From Ostrea edulis (taxonomy: Eukaryota): a DNA stretch of 64,000 nt. Positions 1 through 13,757 of this stretch are shown in pieces; position 1 is the stretch's first letter; every line of letters starts with the position of its first letter. The notes beneath the pieces were generated by a model. It had not been told where the DNA came from, made no database searches, and worked only from the letters and a program-made list of their open reading frames with translations. The position numbers and the translations under genes were made by a program. The stretch lies in the NCBI RefSeq assembly GCF_947568905.1, contig NC_079168.1:48608001-48672000 (forward strand), written 5' to 3'.

Positions 1-836
1 GTACCCTAATACAATATTGTAAGAAATGCATAGAAATGGTGACAGACACACGAACAATATGAGTCCTGACCTTAATCCATAAAACCTTATGCATGTATAA
101 ACTAAACACACCAACTTTGTATTGGTTATACATGTAATCTGCGTAAAAGAAAATTCATATGAAGTGTTGTGATATTTGATTATAAATATCGACCAAACAG
201 TGAGGAAAATCTGGATATAAGCAAAAAATCAATCTATATGTATAGAGATAGTATCACCACTTACACTGTATATCCCTATACTACAATAGACTCCAACAAC
301 AGACTCATGTTGTGTGCTACTGATGGGATTTACATGTAATATACAAAGTTAAAAACATCTCATTTACATCGACAAGGTGGTCCTTAACCCATGTCTAAGT
401 GCATAGAATCACAAAGAGATCTTCAAGGTGAAGCAGACATAATATGACGTTCACATCATTTTGTAAATTAATGAAAGTGATTGTATCATCTAATAACACA
501 TATTGTATGAACAATAACATTTGAAAAAAATCCTCTTGTGGACTTCTGAGATTTAGAATTGTCTCAACAATTTTTTAAAGTATATTCAAATCCTGGATTT
601 ATTAAATGACAGTAAAAAGCACAGACCATAATTGCCCAATGTCAAAGAATGTGTAGTAATATGTTCAGTATTGAGTTGTTTGAAATGACAACACACAAAA
701 CTCCAATGAACAACAGGCACAAATTTGGAAAGATGTAGGATTGAATTATTGTCAGAAATACCTACCACTATAGAATGCTGGAGAATATGAAGGAAAACAA
801 TTCTTTGAATATCTATGATCAGCAAGTGAGTGGATC

Positions 837-860
837 TAGCTGCAATAATGTAGCCCTCTC

Positions 861-896
<36 letters not shown>

Positions 897-957
897 GGAG
901 AGGTCGAAAACGTCAGAATAAAAAAAAAATTGGATAAGGGCTACATTATTACAGCTA
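837..957. mobile_element. 121-bp MITE, probably Mutator/MULE-type; internal-deletion derivative of the element at 12000-12832
   Basis: TIRs TAGCTGCAATAATGTAGCCCT / AGGGCTACATTATTACAGCTA. Exact 9-bp TSD GAGTGGATC at 828-836 and 958-966. Confidence 0.85.
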
Positions 958-1379
958 GAGTGGATCTTACACATGGTTTTTGTTAGTATAGGGGAAACAC
1001 ATATTACATAAATTTTGGTTTACATGTAATGTAAAAAAATTTTCAAATTTGTGTAGAGCTGTGCACAATTTATTCTATAACTTTGCATTATAGTGACCTA
1101 TTGGAGACTTGAACTTACAACTGTAGTGGCATTCTGGGACTGTTAAGGGTCAAGGTCAAACATGTCTCAGTGTGATTACATTAATGACATCTTATTAATA
1201 CTGTTCATTAATACACTGCACAGTAACAATAAAAAATGATATAAGTGAGTTGAACTTGAAACAATATTAATTTTTAATGAGTTAAATATTAATAACTTCA
1301 TATTTGATAAATTTACCACCTATGTCCTACATATGAATGATAAAATAATGACACTGTTATGCGTCTCTTTTGATTTCAC

Positions 1380-4300
1380 CTTTTTGCCCTTGGCAGCAGC
1401 TGGTTGTGGTAACCTCATGACCTCCACTGGCCAGTACCTACATTTGGCTATCTTATCCTGGAAGCTGCGTAAGTAGAGATTTCACCTCTCATTAAACAAC
1501 AATCAATTAAAACAGGTTATTATTTGCCATTCCTTGTCTTCAAAATTAGGACAGAACATAACCTTAAGATTTCAAAATTCTGAAAATACAATTACAATAC
1601 CACATATTTCAATTTGGAAAGCTGATGCATATTCTTTTCAATCTTCAGTAAGATAGAAGAAAGGGACCACATGATTTTGGTGAATTTTCATGTTTGTAAA
1701 AGGTTTTCAAGAAATATGTCGTTTTATATTCCATATACATATCTATACATCTTCATTACCTTTTGGTTGCCATGGCATCCATATAAGATCTTCTTTCCGT
1801 GTTCCAGGTCACTCGTAACTTTTCTGTTTCAGCCACGTGACGATGATCCCTCTCTTCCTTATTCTTAAATTCACCATCTTCATCATCAATATTGTCAGGG
1901 GGTAGAAAACTTGTTTTAAAAAACATGATCATGATTAATAAATCAAAGCATTTCAAATTACAAGACTTGCATATAGATACCCCATCATTTACTGATTCTT
2001 TTATTTTTCAAAATAAATCATAATCAAACATGAAATACATGATATTTTCATGAAATAGGGCATTTCCCTAGTTATGTATGGGTAAATTGCATGAAATTCT
2101 TGTTGCACAGAGATTCTAGATTTGCAGTATATCAGACTGCTCTTGTAAAATTCAAATCAAAATAAGTGAAGATATGTTAATGCAAATGAATTACCTCTCT
2201 GGAATGTACACTGAGTTTCCTTGTGCCGAGCCTGGCACCGCCCACTTTTTCTGCCGATTGGGGGCTTCCTTGTCAATGCTTGGCTTTAATGCTCCATTAG
2301 CAAAGACAATTGGTGACTCTTTCTGTTGAAATCAAATTAGACAGTCAATTTATGCAGTCAATCACAATTTTATCAATTCAAGTAAAAATCATTACATCTA
2401 ATTTCTTTTTCATCATGATACATGTATATACATGCATGCAAAAAAAAATCACTTTAAGATTTGCTAAAATAATGTATGAACATAATTATAATTAATGAAT
2501 TTATGGTTATGAGTAAATGACATTCACTACCATTTTACACCAAAGACATCAAGGCAAAAAATTAAGTTGGTCTAACATATTGTATGATATTTCTAACTGA
2601 TAATAATGTAAAGCACCTGATGTAGTGTAAAACTTTGGCTTACTCTGTATTTCCCCACAAAATGTACAGTGACTGAACATAAATGAAAAGATTTGAGACT
2701 ACTGTAGAATCATTTAAATTTGTGGGGGCCAATTTTCGTGGATTGCTGAATTTTTACAGGTTTGTGGGGATGTAATTTCGTGAATTTATATATTTGTAAG
2801 AAAGATAACTCTGGAATGTCTTTATTCATTGAGGATGTAAATTTGTGGGTGAGGGGTACCCACAAATTCCACGAAAGTTGAGCCACCGCGAATTCTAATG
2901 ATTCCACAGTATATTGAAACATTCTAACTGATCTCCTGAGGTTTGCTGAAACCTTGGTTGTTGTTTTTTTTACTTCATGGCAAGTTCTCTTTACAGCATA
3001 TATGACTAATATAGACTTACATCTGCTGACACAGGGATATATGGCTAATAATAGACTTACATCTACTGACACAGGGATATATGACTAATATAGACTTACA
3101 TCTACTGACACAGGGATATATGACTAATATAGACTTACATCTGCTGACACAGGGATATATGACTAATATAGACTTACATCTGCTGACACAGGGTTATATG
3201 ACTAATATAGACTTACATCTGCTGACACAGGGATATATGACTAATATAGACTTACATCTGCTGACACAGGGATATATGACTAATATAGACTTACATCTGC
3301 TGACACAGGGATATATGACTAATATAGACTTACATCTGCTGACACAGGGATATATGACTAATATAGACTTACATCTGCTGACACAGGGATATATGACTAA
3401 TATAGACTTACATCTGCTGACACAGGGATATATGACTAATGTAGACTTACATCTGCTGACACAGGGATATATGACTAATATAGACTTACATCTGCTGACA
3501 CAGGGATGGGAAGTGCAGCAGCATACGCATACTGTGCGCCTGTCATCGCCCAGGTCTCAGGAGGAGCATAAAGTGTCTCAATTGTCAAAGTCATAAGGTT
3601 CCCATTGTTTATCTGTGTCCCCTCCAACAAGGACTCCTGAACTGAAATCACCACCTCCATCTCTGGCTGCAAAATCATTAAAATCCCACATCACAGTACT
3701 CTAAGATACCACAAACATTGCTTACAGATCATAAAAGTACATAGATCAATTCTAAAATTAGCTTAGTTTACCACCTTTAAGGACGAATAACACACTGTAA
3801 TAATGGCCGACTTTCTTTGAAACCATAAATGGAAAAACAGATATCAGCAACATATATTTCATGTCCTTTTAGATTTCCTTGCCTAGTTGGTTAGCTCAGT
3901 GGCTTTAATAACTGCCAATCTACAGATCATGAGATCGAATCTTACAGGGGTTTTGGTCCCTCTCCCTCCCTTAATTACTTTCTACTAAAACAGCATATTT
4001 TTTTTTTACTAAATAAAGTAAATGCTAAGGTTTCTAATTTCAAAATATCATTGCACATATCCTCCATTTACAATTCATAACAGTTTTCACTTGAGTGATA
4101 TACGTCCTTAAAGAAAAACAATAAAATACTATTACTGAAAAATTGAATGTGTATAATACCTTTGGGCTCTCAGGAGAAATTGTCTCCAATGGTGAGCCCG
4201 GCAATGGATTGATCACCAGATTGTAATGATGTCTTGTGGCACCTACAAAACAAGACATTTAAGGTAACTCCATACCAGAATTATTATCTGATAAAAGTAT

Positions 4301-7300
4301 AGAAAGTGTATTTATTTCCATTTATTAGAGTTAAAACTAATAAATTCTCAAATAAAATATATATAGATCATCACACTTTTTAAGATGTAAGACATACATA
4401 AACAGAATCATGCATCAACATCAGAAATTTGCAATTTTCCTTAAACAGCTAGCATTATCAAAATTTCACAAAAACTGGTTATAACAAAAATTTCATGAAA
4501 CTGTTTCTTTACAAAAATATATATCTACAAAATGTCTGTAAAAAATAAAAGGAAGTCTATCGCATAATGGACTTGATAAAGAAACCAATGAAAACAGAGT
4601 TATTGACCTTGGATTCAACATTTTGAAACATATCATTGATTATTCATATACTTAGGCTTTTCAAATAGTTTATGTTTAACAAGATTTTTTTTTTTACAAT
4701 AACTATCTCAAAAGACTCTAACAAAATTTATGTTCTTCTCATGAATAAATCTAAATAAATCATTGATTTTGCAAAGTCTAATGATGTCACATGAGGGTGG
4801 AATTATTTTAAGGGCTTTTAAGACTAGTACATGTACTTGAATGAAAACACATCAGGATTTGTTTACAATGTATAAAATGGATACACTGATGCAAACTTAT
4901 ATATCAAAAACATATTAATTTCTAATTGATATGAAAATGTTATTTGAATTCATCATATAGATGGATACCTTTGACCAGGGGCAGTAAATCCACTGTACAT
5001 TGTCCCAGCTGGGCAGTCTTCTCTTCCTTCTGCTTCTTTTCCTTTGGTAAAACTTCTGTCACAGTCACTGAATTCAGAAAGATCAACATACTCTGTACTA
5101 GCCATTCAACAAAAATAAAATTGAGTAACCTCATCACTCAGTGCACTTAAGGACATACGCGATGTTTCCGACATTTTCTCTAAAATCATTTTTTCATTTC
5201 CTCGATATGAAAAGTTCTTGTATGATTTCAGAAATAGGTTTAACTTTTATATTGTAGTAATATTTCATTACTTTGTATATTGGCCTGAGTAGCTCAGTGG
5301 TTTGATCACCTAAGTAGAAATGTAAATTAATTAGGTCCCAGGTTCGATACCTTAATTATTGTTCCAAAGATTTCTCTCTCCTTTTTTGCTAAGTATATAT
5401 CCATTTATAAAACTTACTGCAATACACACTTTAAATGCTGACTTTACATTTTTACTTGCAACAACCAGGAACTATCAAAATATGCTAGCTCTAAATCAGA
5501 CATATGGTATATATACAGCCCAAGTTTTTTGTAGAAACAAGACAGAATGCAAGTGAATTATATGTGAAATGTCATGAGAAATTATATATTATTGAGAAAC
5601 ATTGTATATGTACTTCATTTTCTAATACATACACACAACTGGTTTATAAGAAATTTCATCTAAAACCAGTGGGTCCTCAAAAGTACAGTTGAGGTTGGCA
5701 GTATAATCAATTTCTGCAGGTGTATCAGGAACGCAGTCGACTTTAGGGGATTCCCCCAATTGCTTCTCACCAAATTCCACTTTAACAGTAATTTGGACAT
5801 TGTCTCCTTTAGTTCCTTTCTGTAAAAAAAAATTATTAAAACTGAATATGAATTATATGTTGATTGTTTTCAACATTAATTTTGGGTTTATTACATTGAT
5901 TAATCAAGTCATATGCATCCAAAACCATTTTACAGCCTAAACTAGCTGACTATATGTATATTAATTGTTTTAATGTATATACACATTAACTTTTAATATA
6001 TAGATAGATATATATATATATTGCATGTTAACAATAAATATTTTCTAATTCTGAGTTAGTTTTCAGTCATTATTTAGTTCAATTCTTTCCCCTCAACCAA
6101 TGGTGTTAAAATACCTCCTCAATATGACTTGACATTCAGTTAAAAGTAATTGATACTGAGAATAATAACTAATTCATGTTTATTTTTAAGACTTAGTGCA
6201 ATTCAGATCAATTAAATCTTCCCAAAACCAAACTTCAAACAGGTACCCTTCCTTGTTATTAAAGTGAGTTTTACGTATTTTGAGCACAAATCATTAACAA
6301 TTAATTCTCCATAATTAACAACACTATTTTTCCTAGAATGTTAAGAAAAGTAAATCAAAACTTAATATTTGTTTTCAATCAACAACATAATTCTACAACA
6401 ATTAAAAACCAACTATTAACACAGTGATACAACAAATCAAACACTTACACCACTTGCAGTTTTATAACAGTCCTGTATTTGGCCAATTAAGATAAAATCA
6501 TGTAATAATAATCAGCTATGGTCTCACTTTATAAAATAAGGATGTGTTTTCTAATGACACGATGACATAATACTAATAAAAGCGATGTCATGTAATAATA
6601 ATCAGCTACAGTCTCACTTTAAGAAATAATGGCTGGGTTTACTAATGACACAATGGCACTACTAATAAAAGCGATGTCTCTTGTAACTGTCCACTCTGTT
6701 TGTATCAAGAATTCACCCATGCTAAGCTCAAGGACACAATTTTTTCTACGTCCATGCAATCATTACAAAGAAAGAACACAAAAAAACAATGGTAGTCTGT
6801 GAAGTGGGAGGTATTATTACCGATGTTCCTGAAGATGGTCTCTGAATGCATTAAAAAGTAAAGGCGACACTTCCATATTATATATGTAAAATTGAAAATA
6901 CATTTGATATTATGAAATTGATGTTGAAAAATTCGAAATTGTATAAATCTATTTCTGAATATATGGAATAAAGATTCAGTAAAACTATTCACTGATTACA
7001 AAATAAATTACTATAAGTGTTATGGTTACTGTCTCTCACCCATATGTGATTTTCATATATTATTCATTGTCAAATGTGAAGAAAACTGACCACAATGTTA
7101 ATTTCACAACTAATTTAGTCTTGATATACAGTGAGAATTTCTATACAAAGTTGACATGCCTTTTTATCTATTAAATCCACAAAGTGAGTAATATTGTAAT
7201 TCTGAAAAAATACATGCATTTCACATGCGTATGAAAATTTCATATCAAACGGAACTTCAACACTTTTATGTTGCACAAACAATATATACTATATTGTAAT

Positions 7301-9687
7301 GAATACAATCTTCAGAAATAAGTCTTGAAGTTATATATTCATTTGATGACAATTATTTACAGTCAGCAATAACGTGAACCAGAAGCGTGCAATATAATGT
7401 CTCATCAGTCCTCAAAATCAAGACATTACCTGCCCATTGTCTATCTTTGTCAATTTCTGAAATATACATCATCTTCAGCAGAGCATGTTTTGTAATAAAA
7501 CAAATATATATATACCATAAACAAAAAAACCCCACCCAGTTTATTAGTAAGTTTACTTTATGAGTTTCTAGTTTTGACAATCAAAGGGAAAAAAACCCAC
7601 ATAATAATAATTTAATTTGAATTTTGTATGTAATTTTGAAACAATAGTTATAGATTGACCATTCATGGGCCCTCACTTAGGTTCAATATATAAGAAGTCA
7701 GCATGATATCACAAATAAACACTAATTTAAAATATCATGCGGTTCATCTATTTCATCACAATTTCTACATACCCTTACCAAAATATAAGTCCTATTGCAC
7801 ACAGTTGACTAACATATGGAATCAACTAAATTTCAGACATGTAACTAGTCATCAGTGCCAATTATGATTTGCAATTTCAATTTGTGTAAAATTTTTCCTT
7901 TTATATTGATAATAACTAACTTCATGGTTTCAACTAAAAAAAATTGAAATTATAATTTCCAATCGTGTACTAAGTAATTTATTAAACAAATGTATATCAA
8001 TTCATAAAAACAAATTACAAATGGGTTCGATCTCCAGCTCAATACAATATTACCCAAGATGTTTTTTCTTAGAAATGAAACCTTAAAAAGGGTATGAACT
8101 TTAAAATGGAGGTTTTTTTTCACAACTAACCCCCACTGCTATGACCTTGAGCACCATACATTGATCAAATTTTGTGGCTCTTCACCTACAGCTGGCGGCA
8201 TCCCAAATATGAGTGAGAGATTCTTGAACAGACATAAAACAACAAAGAAATTGATACTCAAAATGTCTGTTTATTCCCAATTACTTAACGTGATAAATTA
8301 CAATTTTTGTTTTTTGGCTTTAAAATGTTGTTCAGCATATGGTCTTAGGAAAGTCAGAAAATATTTGGTTGAAACAAGCTTTGAGAATCAATGATGAAGC
8401 AGTAGTGCAATTTCATTTCTAATAAACACAATGCTTTTGACCCCATCCTTATGTTCAGAACTGTTCTGAACCTCATAGGTGAAAATGTTGATATGTTAGA
8501 ATAAATTATGGGTTTATAATAAATATTTTAGCTCAATTTCACTACACCAATACACATATCAACACTTCGCGAAAGTTAAATCCCTTGTCCGCCATCTCCC
8601 GGATAAAAATCGTATTTCCCTACTTTGGCCTTTGTAATTTTCCTATCTGTAGCTTTGACATCTGTTATTTTTCCATCAATTGCAGTAAACTACAATATTC
8701 CCCAGATTGGGGCAACCCATTAACTTGTATGAAAACTTGGTAATTGGCTAAAATTCAAAGTAATAACATCTTACATTTGGTAAGGTAAAGAAGGAAAACT
8801 TGGTTTTTCACCGATTGACCTTTGGCTGACCCCGCAAAGGGACATAACTTGCGGCGAAGTGTTGATACGTGTATACATACATTTAACAGTGGCAGACCTA
8901 GAGGGTGAAGGAGGGAGATATAGGGTCTGCAACTTCCAACTGATTGAAAAGTTTTGCAAAAAAGTCATTTTCTGCCATCTTGGGGTCTGCAACACACACA
9001 CCCTCCCCATTTAGCACAAAATATACAATTCTGGATCAAAACTGTCCCCTTTAAAAACTTTCTAGATCTGATACTTTACCTTTGCTGCACTTGCCTAAAC
9101 AGGAGCACCACCAACATAATAGCCAGCGCTCTTACTATACGTCAATGCTACACCCTGTACATGAGGATTATTAGATATGTATTTTGGATAATACCCACCT
9201 AACCATTAATAGTGATTTTTATTATCCTATTGAGCAATTTTCTTTACACCACAGATCTTTCCTGTTTTCTTTTAAATCACATATCTTTAATTCCATTTGT
9301 AAAGGTGATGTCAGGCATGTATATATGAGGGAGGATGGAGGGTCTGAACCCATCACCGATGGGCTAGGTAGAAAATAAATATATTTGCCTATTTGTATGC
9401 ACTTCAACACGTTAATCCATAGTTTCAATTGGACCCCTTAAAATTGCATGGGGTGGAACCCACTTCCTTGGATAAAATTTCTGGATCCGCTCATATACAT
9501 GTAGCTGCACTCGCTCTAACAGTCGCTCCATCAGCATATTACAGTTATAATCGATGATATATAATGAGTTTATAATAAGATTTTCACAATAAAATATTAG
9601 TATGTTTCTTACCAGATTTGATGCCTTTATAATATGAATACTAAGTGGCTCAGGGGGCCGGGTCTGAGGAACATCAACCTCTGTCAT
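1380..9687 (-). CDS. CFAP70: Cilia- and flagella-associated protein 70 (TTC18), first 8 coding exons; gene continues beyond the left window edge
   Basis: GT-AG exons with consistent phases: 9687-9613, 5819-5633, 5067-4969, 4242-4160, 3666-3490, 2322-2195, 1909-1760, 1464-1380. Translation MTEVDVPQ...KASNL|[27 protein letters not shown]...YKPVV|[34 protein letters not shown]...PLPGSPLE...[16 protein letters not shown]...[19 protein letters not shown]. This matches vertebrate CFAP70 motifs recalled from memory ([24 protein letters not shown]). Confidence 0.92.
2998..3507 (-). repeat. 39-bp minisatellite, 13 copies, built from the CFAP70 exon/intron junction
   Basis: Plus-strand unit TATGACTAATATAGACTTACATCTGCTGACACAGGGATA. 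On the minus strand it reads CCTGTGTCAGCAGAT|GTAAGTCTATATTAGTCATATATC, i.e. the last 15 exon nt plus the donor. Eleven copies lie in ORF 3081-3596 and two more precede it. Confidence 0.95.
6499..6680. repeat. Local tandem duplication, two copies of about 87 bp
   Basis: TCATGTAATAATAATCAGCTA...CTAATAAAAGCGATGTC occurs twice in succession with several substitutions. Confidence 0.7.
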
Positions 9688-9948
9688 TCTGTCCCTACAG
9701 TCGGATTATTGCAGATATATATGGCAATATAAATATGATTAAAGTGGATAGCATACCTAATATATTGGCAGAGACATTAAATAGCCTATATGTCTCTGAT
9801 ATTGGTCATCAAATTATCTTGGATCTTTGGAATTATCATCAATATTAACATGTGTCAAATGTACCATATGCACGCATTTTAAATACACTTCTTGGAAATA
9901 TGGACAAATAAAAAAATATGTACAGTATCAAGGTGCGAAGCATCTTAC

Positions 9949-10318
9949 CTTTCAATGTCTGTAAACGTCGCTATAGAAACACCGGAAGTAAAGATAATTA
10001 AAATTAATTCGTACTTTGATAGAAAATTTCCAGGGGATATTTGGGTTTAGAACGATAATAAAACACGATTGATGATATTCAGTAAGTTTTATATCTTCCA
10101 AATAAAGTATCGATTAACTTTTATATATGATTATTTTAAGAAAAAACATCCGAATTTAATATGTACGAGATATTTTCATGGTAATATCATCCGGGCATTG
10201 TAAATATGGCAGCCCCCTTTAAAGCAATCCAGCCAAACTCAAAGGAATTTTATTAATGGCCTAGTGAGCATTTTCTAAATTCACATGACATCGACAGCGA
10301 AGATTTTATATTCTTAAC
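9949..10318. promoter_or_regulatory. Bidirectional promoter region shared by CFAP70 and RPAP1
   Basis: A minus-strand donor AAAG|GTAAGATG at 9949/9948 and an acceptor CTGTAG| at 9695 just upstream of the CFAP70 ATG define a putative non-coding first exon. The RPAP1 ATG is at 10319 on the other strand. Contains an ETS-type CCGGAAGT (9982-9989) and a weak YY1-like AATATGGCAGC (10203-10213). Confidence 0.7.
9967..9980. promoter_or_regulatory. RFX-binding X-box motif
   Basis: GTCGCTATAGAAAC fits the X-box consensus GTHNYY-AT-RRNAAC at every position and sits at the 5' end of a ciliary gene. Confidence 0.65.
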
Positions 10319-13300
10319 ATGATTCCACGTCCAAAACCCGGGGAGACTGAAGATGACTTGTTGAAATTTCAGCAAGAATTCCTTTCTAAAAAAGAACAGA
10401 GTGCCGCTAGTGTTGTTAGGAAGCCAGATAAAAGAAAGACCATCCAATCAATTGGTTGCGTTGAAAAAGATGTGGTTGATATAGATGGTAATTTATTGTT
10501 TAGTTACAATTTCAAGTGTTAATATGTTTTACGGCGTGACCGTGTTTGAGGGCGAAGCAAAAAAGTTTTGGCATTAGACTATGATTAGTATCTATATCCA
10601 AAACAAGACAAAAAACAACCCGAAGTTAGCACGAGGACGGAGCTGTATCAAAGCATCCTTTTGGACATTTAATCCTCCTATATAATTATTGAACACGGGA
10701 AATATAACGCAATACGCCGGTTTCGAGATACGTCCGAGTTATTTCCCTTTGGAGAACTCTCGTACATAGTAAGTCGCGAAAGAATTTGTTTACTCGCGGG
10801 AGTGGGACAGATATTCATCACAGCGTAAGTGAATGTACTCAGTAAGTTTCTCATACGCTGTTTGATAACCCGAATTCGACTGATACACAAACTAAGTAAT
10901 TGATAAGTATTTAGGGAGTAATTAAATACATAGAATTCTTATCCTATCACGTTATTTTGCTGGTCATAAGTACTATATCCAAGATATTTCTTGCAAATAT
11001 GACATTGTTTGTATGTTTCCTCTTCGGTAAAACATTTCTTTCGATAGTATTTAGTATTTCCCACATTTACATATTTAAAGAGAAGCCGCTTTTAATACAT
11101 TTCATCGTCTTCCTCGTTGGCTGCATATCCACTCTGTCCCACTTAGGCATTCAAAGTTCCACTAAATGCACCTCCTATACAGAAGAGTTCGTATCTCGAA
11201 ACTGGCGTATTGATGTAAACAGTACATTGTGACGTCATATTCACCGTCGTTATTTAGCGAATTTACAAACATAGCGTTTGAACCACACCAAACATGGCGT
11301 TAATCGTGGAGTGATTATATATGATTAAGAAAATAAGATTTACATGCTTTTACGGATTTTATGTAACATCTCAGAACGACGTAAACTAGGGTAGACGAGA
11401 TTCAAAATGGAGAAATACATGTCCACGCACTAATATTCGAATCGACACCATTGGTACTAAAAATTTTCCATAGGTATGGTTTAATTTTTCATTATTTCCC
11501 TATATTTTCCTTTTAAACATGTATATACGTGTTACCTATAGGGAGAGCTCCGCTCTCACGGCCCTTTGGGCCGCTCTCACGGCCCTTTGGGCCGTGAGAG
11601 GGCTTCGCCCTCTAATATGTAGATTGTGCTACCGTTAGACGAGTGCACATAGAGCTCTGTTTATATCTTCTGTTTATCAGGTTGGGAACACTTCCCCTAA
11701 TCTCAGCGAGATTCGTTGAGGCTGGATATTTGGACTGACGCCTCTTCCAAATATCCAGCCTCGACGAATCTCGCTGAGATTACACTTCCCCTATAGCGAG
11801 ATCTTCTCGCAAAAACGCGATTATCTCTAAGCAATAACTTTAAATATATAATCGATATATTTAACTTCTTTAAAACACAGATCAAGCTTAATTCATATCA
11901 CATATAACAGAAACTTTTTGGACTTTTTATGTACACAATCAGGTCCAGTCCAAAGACTATTTCTACCTATGTAGCTATTAATAGCTACATAGGTATTTAT
12001 AGCTGCAATAATGTAGCCCTCTCTGATTTTTTTTTTTTTTTTTTTTTTTTAGGGAGAGGGCTACAACTCCTTAGGATCTCCGTAATGGTGCAAATGCGGG
12101 AGTGATTCACTCCCGCAATATTTGCGCTCATGCTAAACATTTCCTGACTTTCTTTACGTAAATAAAATGATATTCTATGTTTCTTAGTCAATATATAAAT
12201 TTACAACCTTCAACTTTAGATTTGTGAGGCTCTATTCTACCGTTTTCAACAATTTCGATAAATTCCAATTCCTCGATTCATATTTGTGCGCCATGTTTGA
12301 TGTACTGAAGTTTCAACTTCCGATTGTCAAGTCATTTGCATATGCCATATAAGGTAGTATTTACATCAATGGACAAGTATGGAGGTGAAAGCTATTTCGT
12401 CGGTATTGAAAAGGTTTGAATTAAATATCAAGTTAAAAACCGAACAGCAGAGTGTAAATTCTTTCTGCAACAATATGATTTTCCTTTCTTTGTCGAAGTG
12501 GCTCGAGTAACTACATTTTTGCGCTGATTGTCAATGTTTAGGCTTTCATTAGATCCACCTACAAGATCTCGCGATAACAAGCATAGCAGAGCAGACGAAG
12601 AATTTTGCATGCTGTACATTATATTTAATGACAAACACCTTTATTAGACATGCCCGAGCACAAAGTTGGTACTCCTTTTGGTGTAAACAACATTTGGGAC
12701 TAATACACAGAGTTTATTATCGGTTATTCATAAAATTATTTTGCACCATTACGGAGATCCTATGGAATTGTAGCCCTATCCCGAAAATGTCAGAATAAAA
12801 AAAAATTGGATAGGGCTACATTATTGCAGCTAAGGTATTTAAACCTACTTAAAGTAGCTACTTCTACTTACTTTTACCTGTTTTTGAAAATAATAATAAA
12901 TTATAATTAAAGTGCATCTTTTAAACAGGTCAGTTGTTTCATGTATCATGTGCACGGTAAAATTCAGAGTGTAAATTTGAATACTTTACGAGGGTGGAGA
13001 ATGCAGAGGAAATGCATGAAAATTCGCCCCAAAAACCTTTAATGTAAAACTGCATGAAGGTAAACTTTAGAATTGATACAGATTTATTAGACATTCTACA
13101 CTTTTTCTCACGTAGCTTTGATCCTAAACTCATAGAAAATGGAACTGGGTGCTGTTATTGATGCAAATTTGAAAAGTTAGAAAGTAATCATTTTTGTCCA
13201 ATATTTTTGTGGTATTCATCGTCAGTGTAAGTGAATCAAGAATTTTGTACACGCCATATTGCGCCGTTCCTGCGCTTGGCCACGAAATACAAGTAAAGGA

Positions 13301-13710
13301 AAAAGTAGGTAAAAATAGCTACCTGGAGTAGGTTTAAATACCTACGTAGCTATAAGTACCTACGTAGGTAGAAATAGTCTTTGGACTGGACTTGACAATC
13401 GTACCATGTTCTTATATATTTATACCCCTCACCCACAAAGTTGGGGGGGGGGGGTATAATGGAATCAGGCCATCTCTCTGTATGTCTGTAGACATGATTT
13501 TGTTGTACATGTTCTAAGAAACTAGTAAATGGATTTTTCTGAAAATTGTACGTTCATTACTCACCATGTGATGATGTGCACCTGGTATTTTCATATTGAT
13601 TGGACAATTTTTCTTTAATTTACAGGGTTTTTTTAGCTCACTTGAGCTCAAGTGAGCTTTTCTGATCGAAATTTGTCCGTTTTCATCGTCATTGGCATAG
13701 TTGTTGTTGT

Positions 13711-13757
<47 letters not shown>

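Noticed and set aside
1766-1779. Near-perfect X-box GTTGCCATGGCATC
   Set aside because: It lies inside a CFAP70 coding exon (encoding DAMAT) 8 kb from the promoter and is explained by the codons.
3081-3596. 171-aa repeat ORF on the plus strand
   Set aside because: Antisense reading of the 39-bp junction repeat and a CFAP70 exon; no independent gene signals.
3880-5350. Two tRNA/SINE-like fragments (about 3880-3960 and 5280-5350) with TAGCTCAGTGG
   Set aside because: Too degenerate to fold or to define ends; probably decayed SINE heads.
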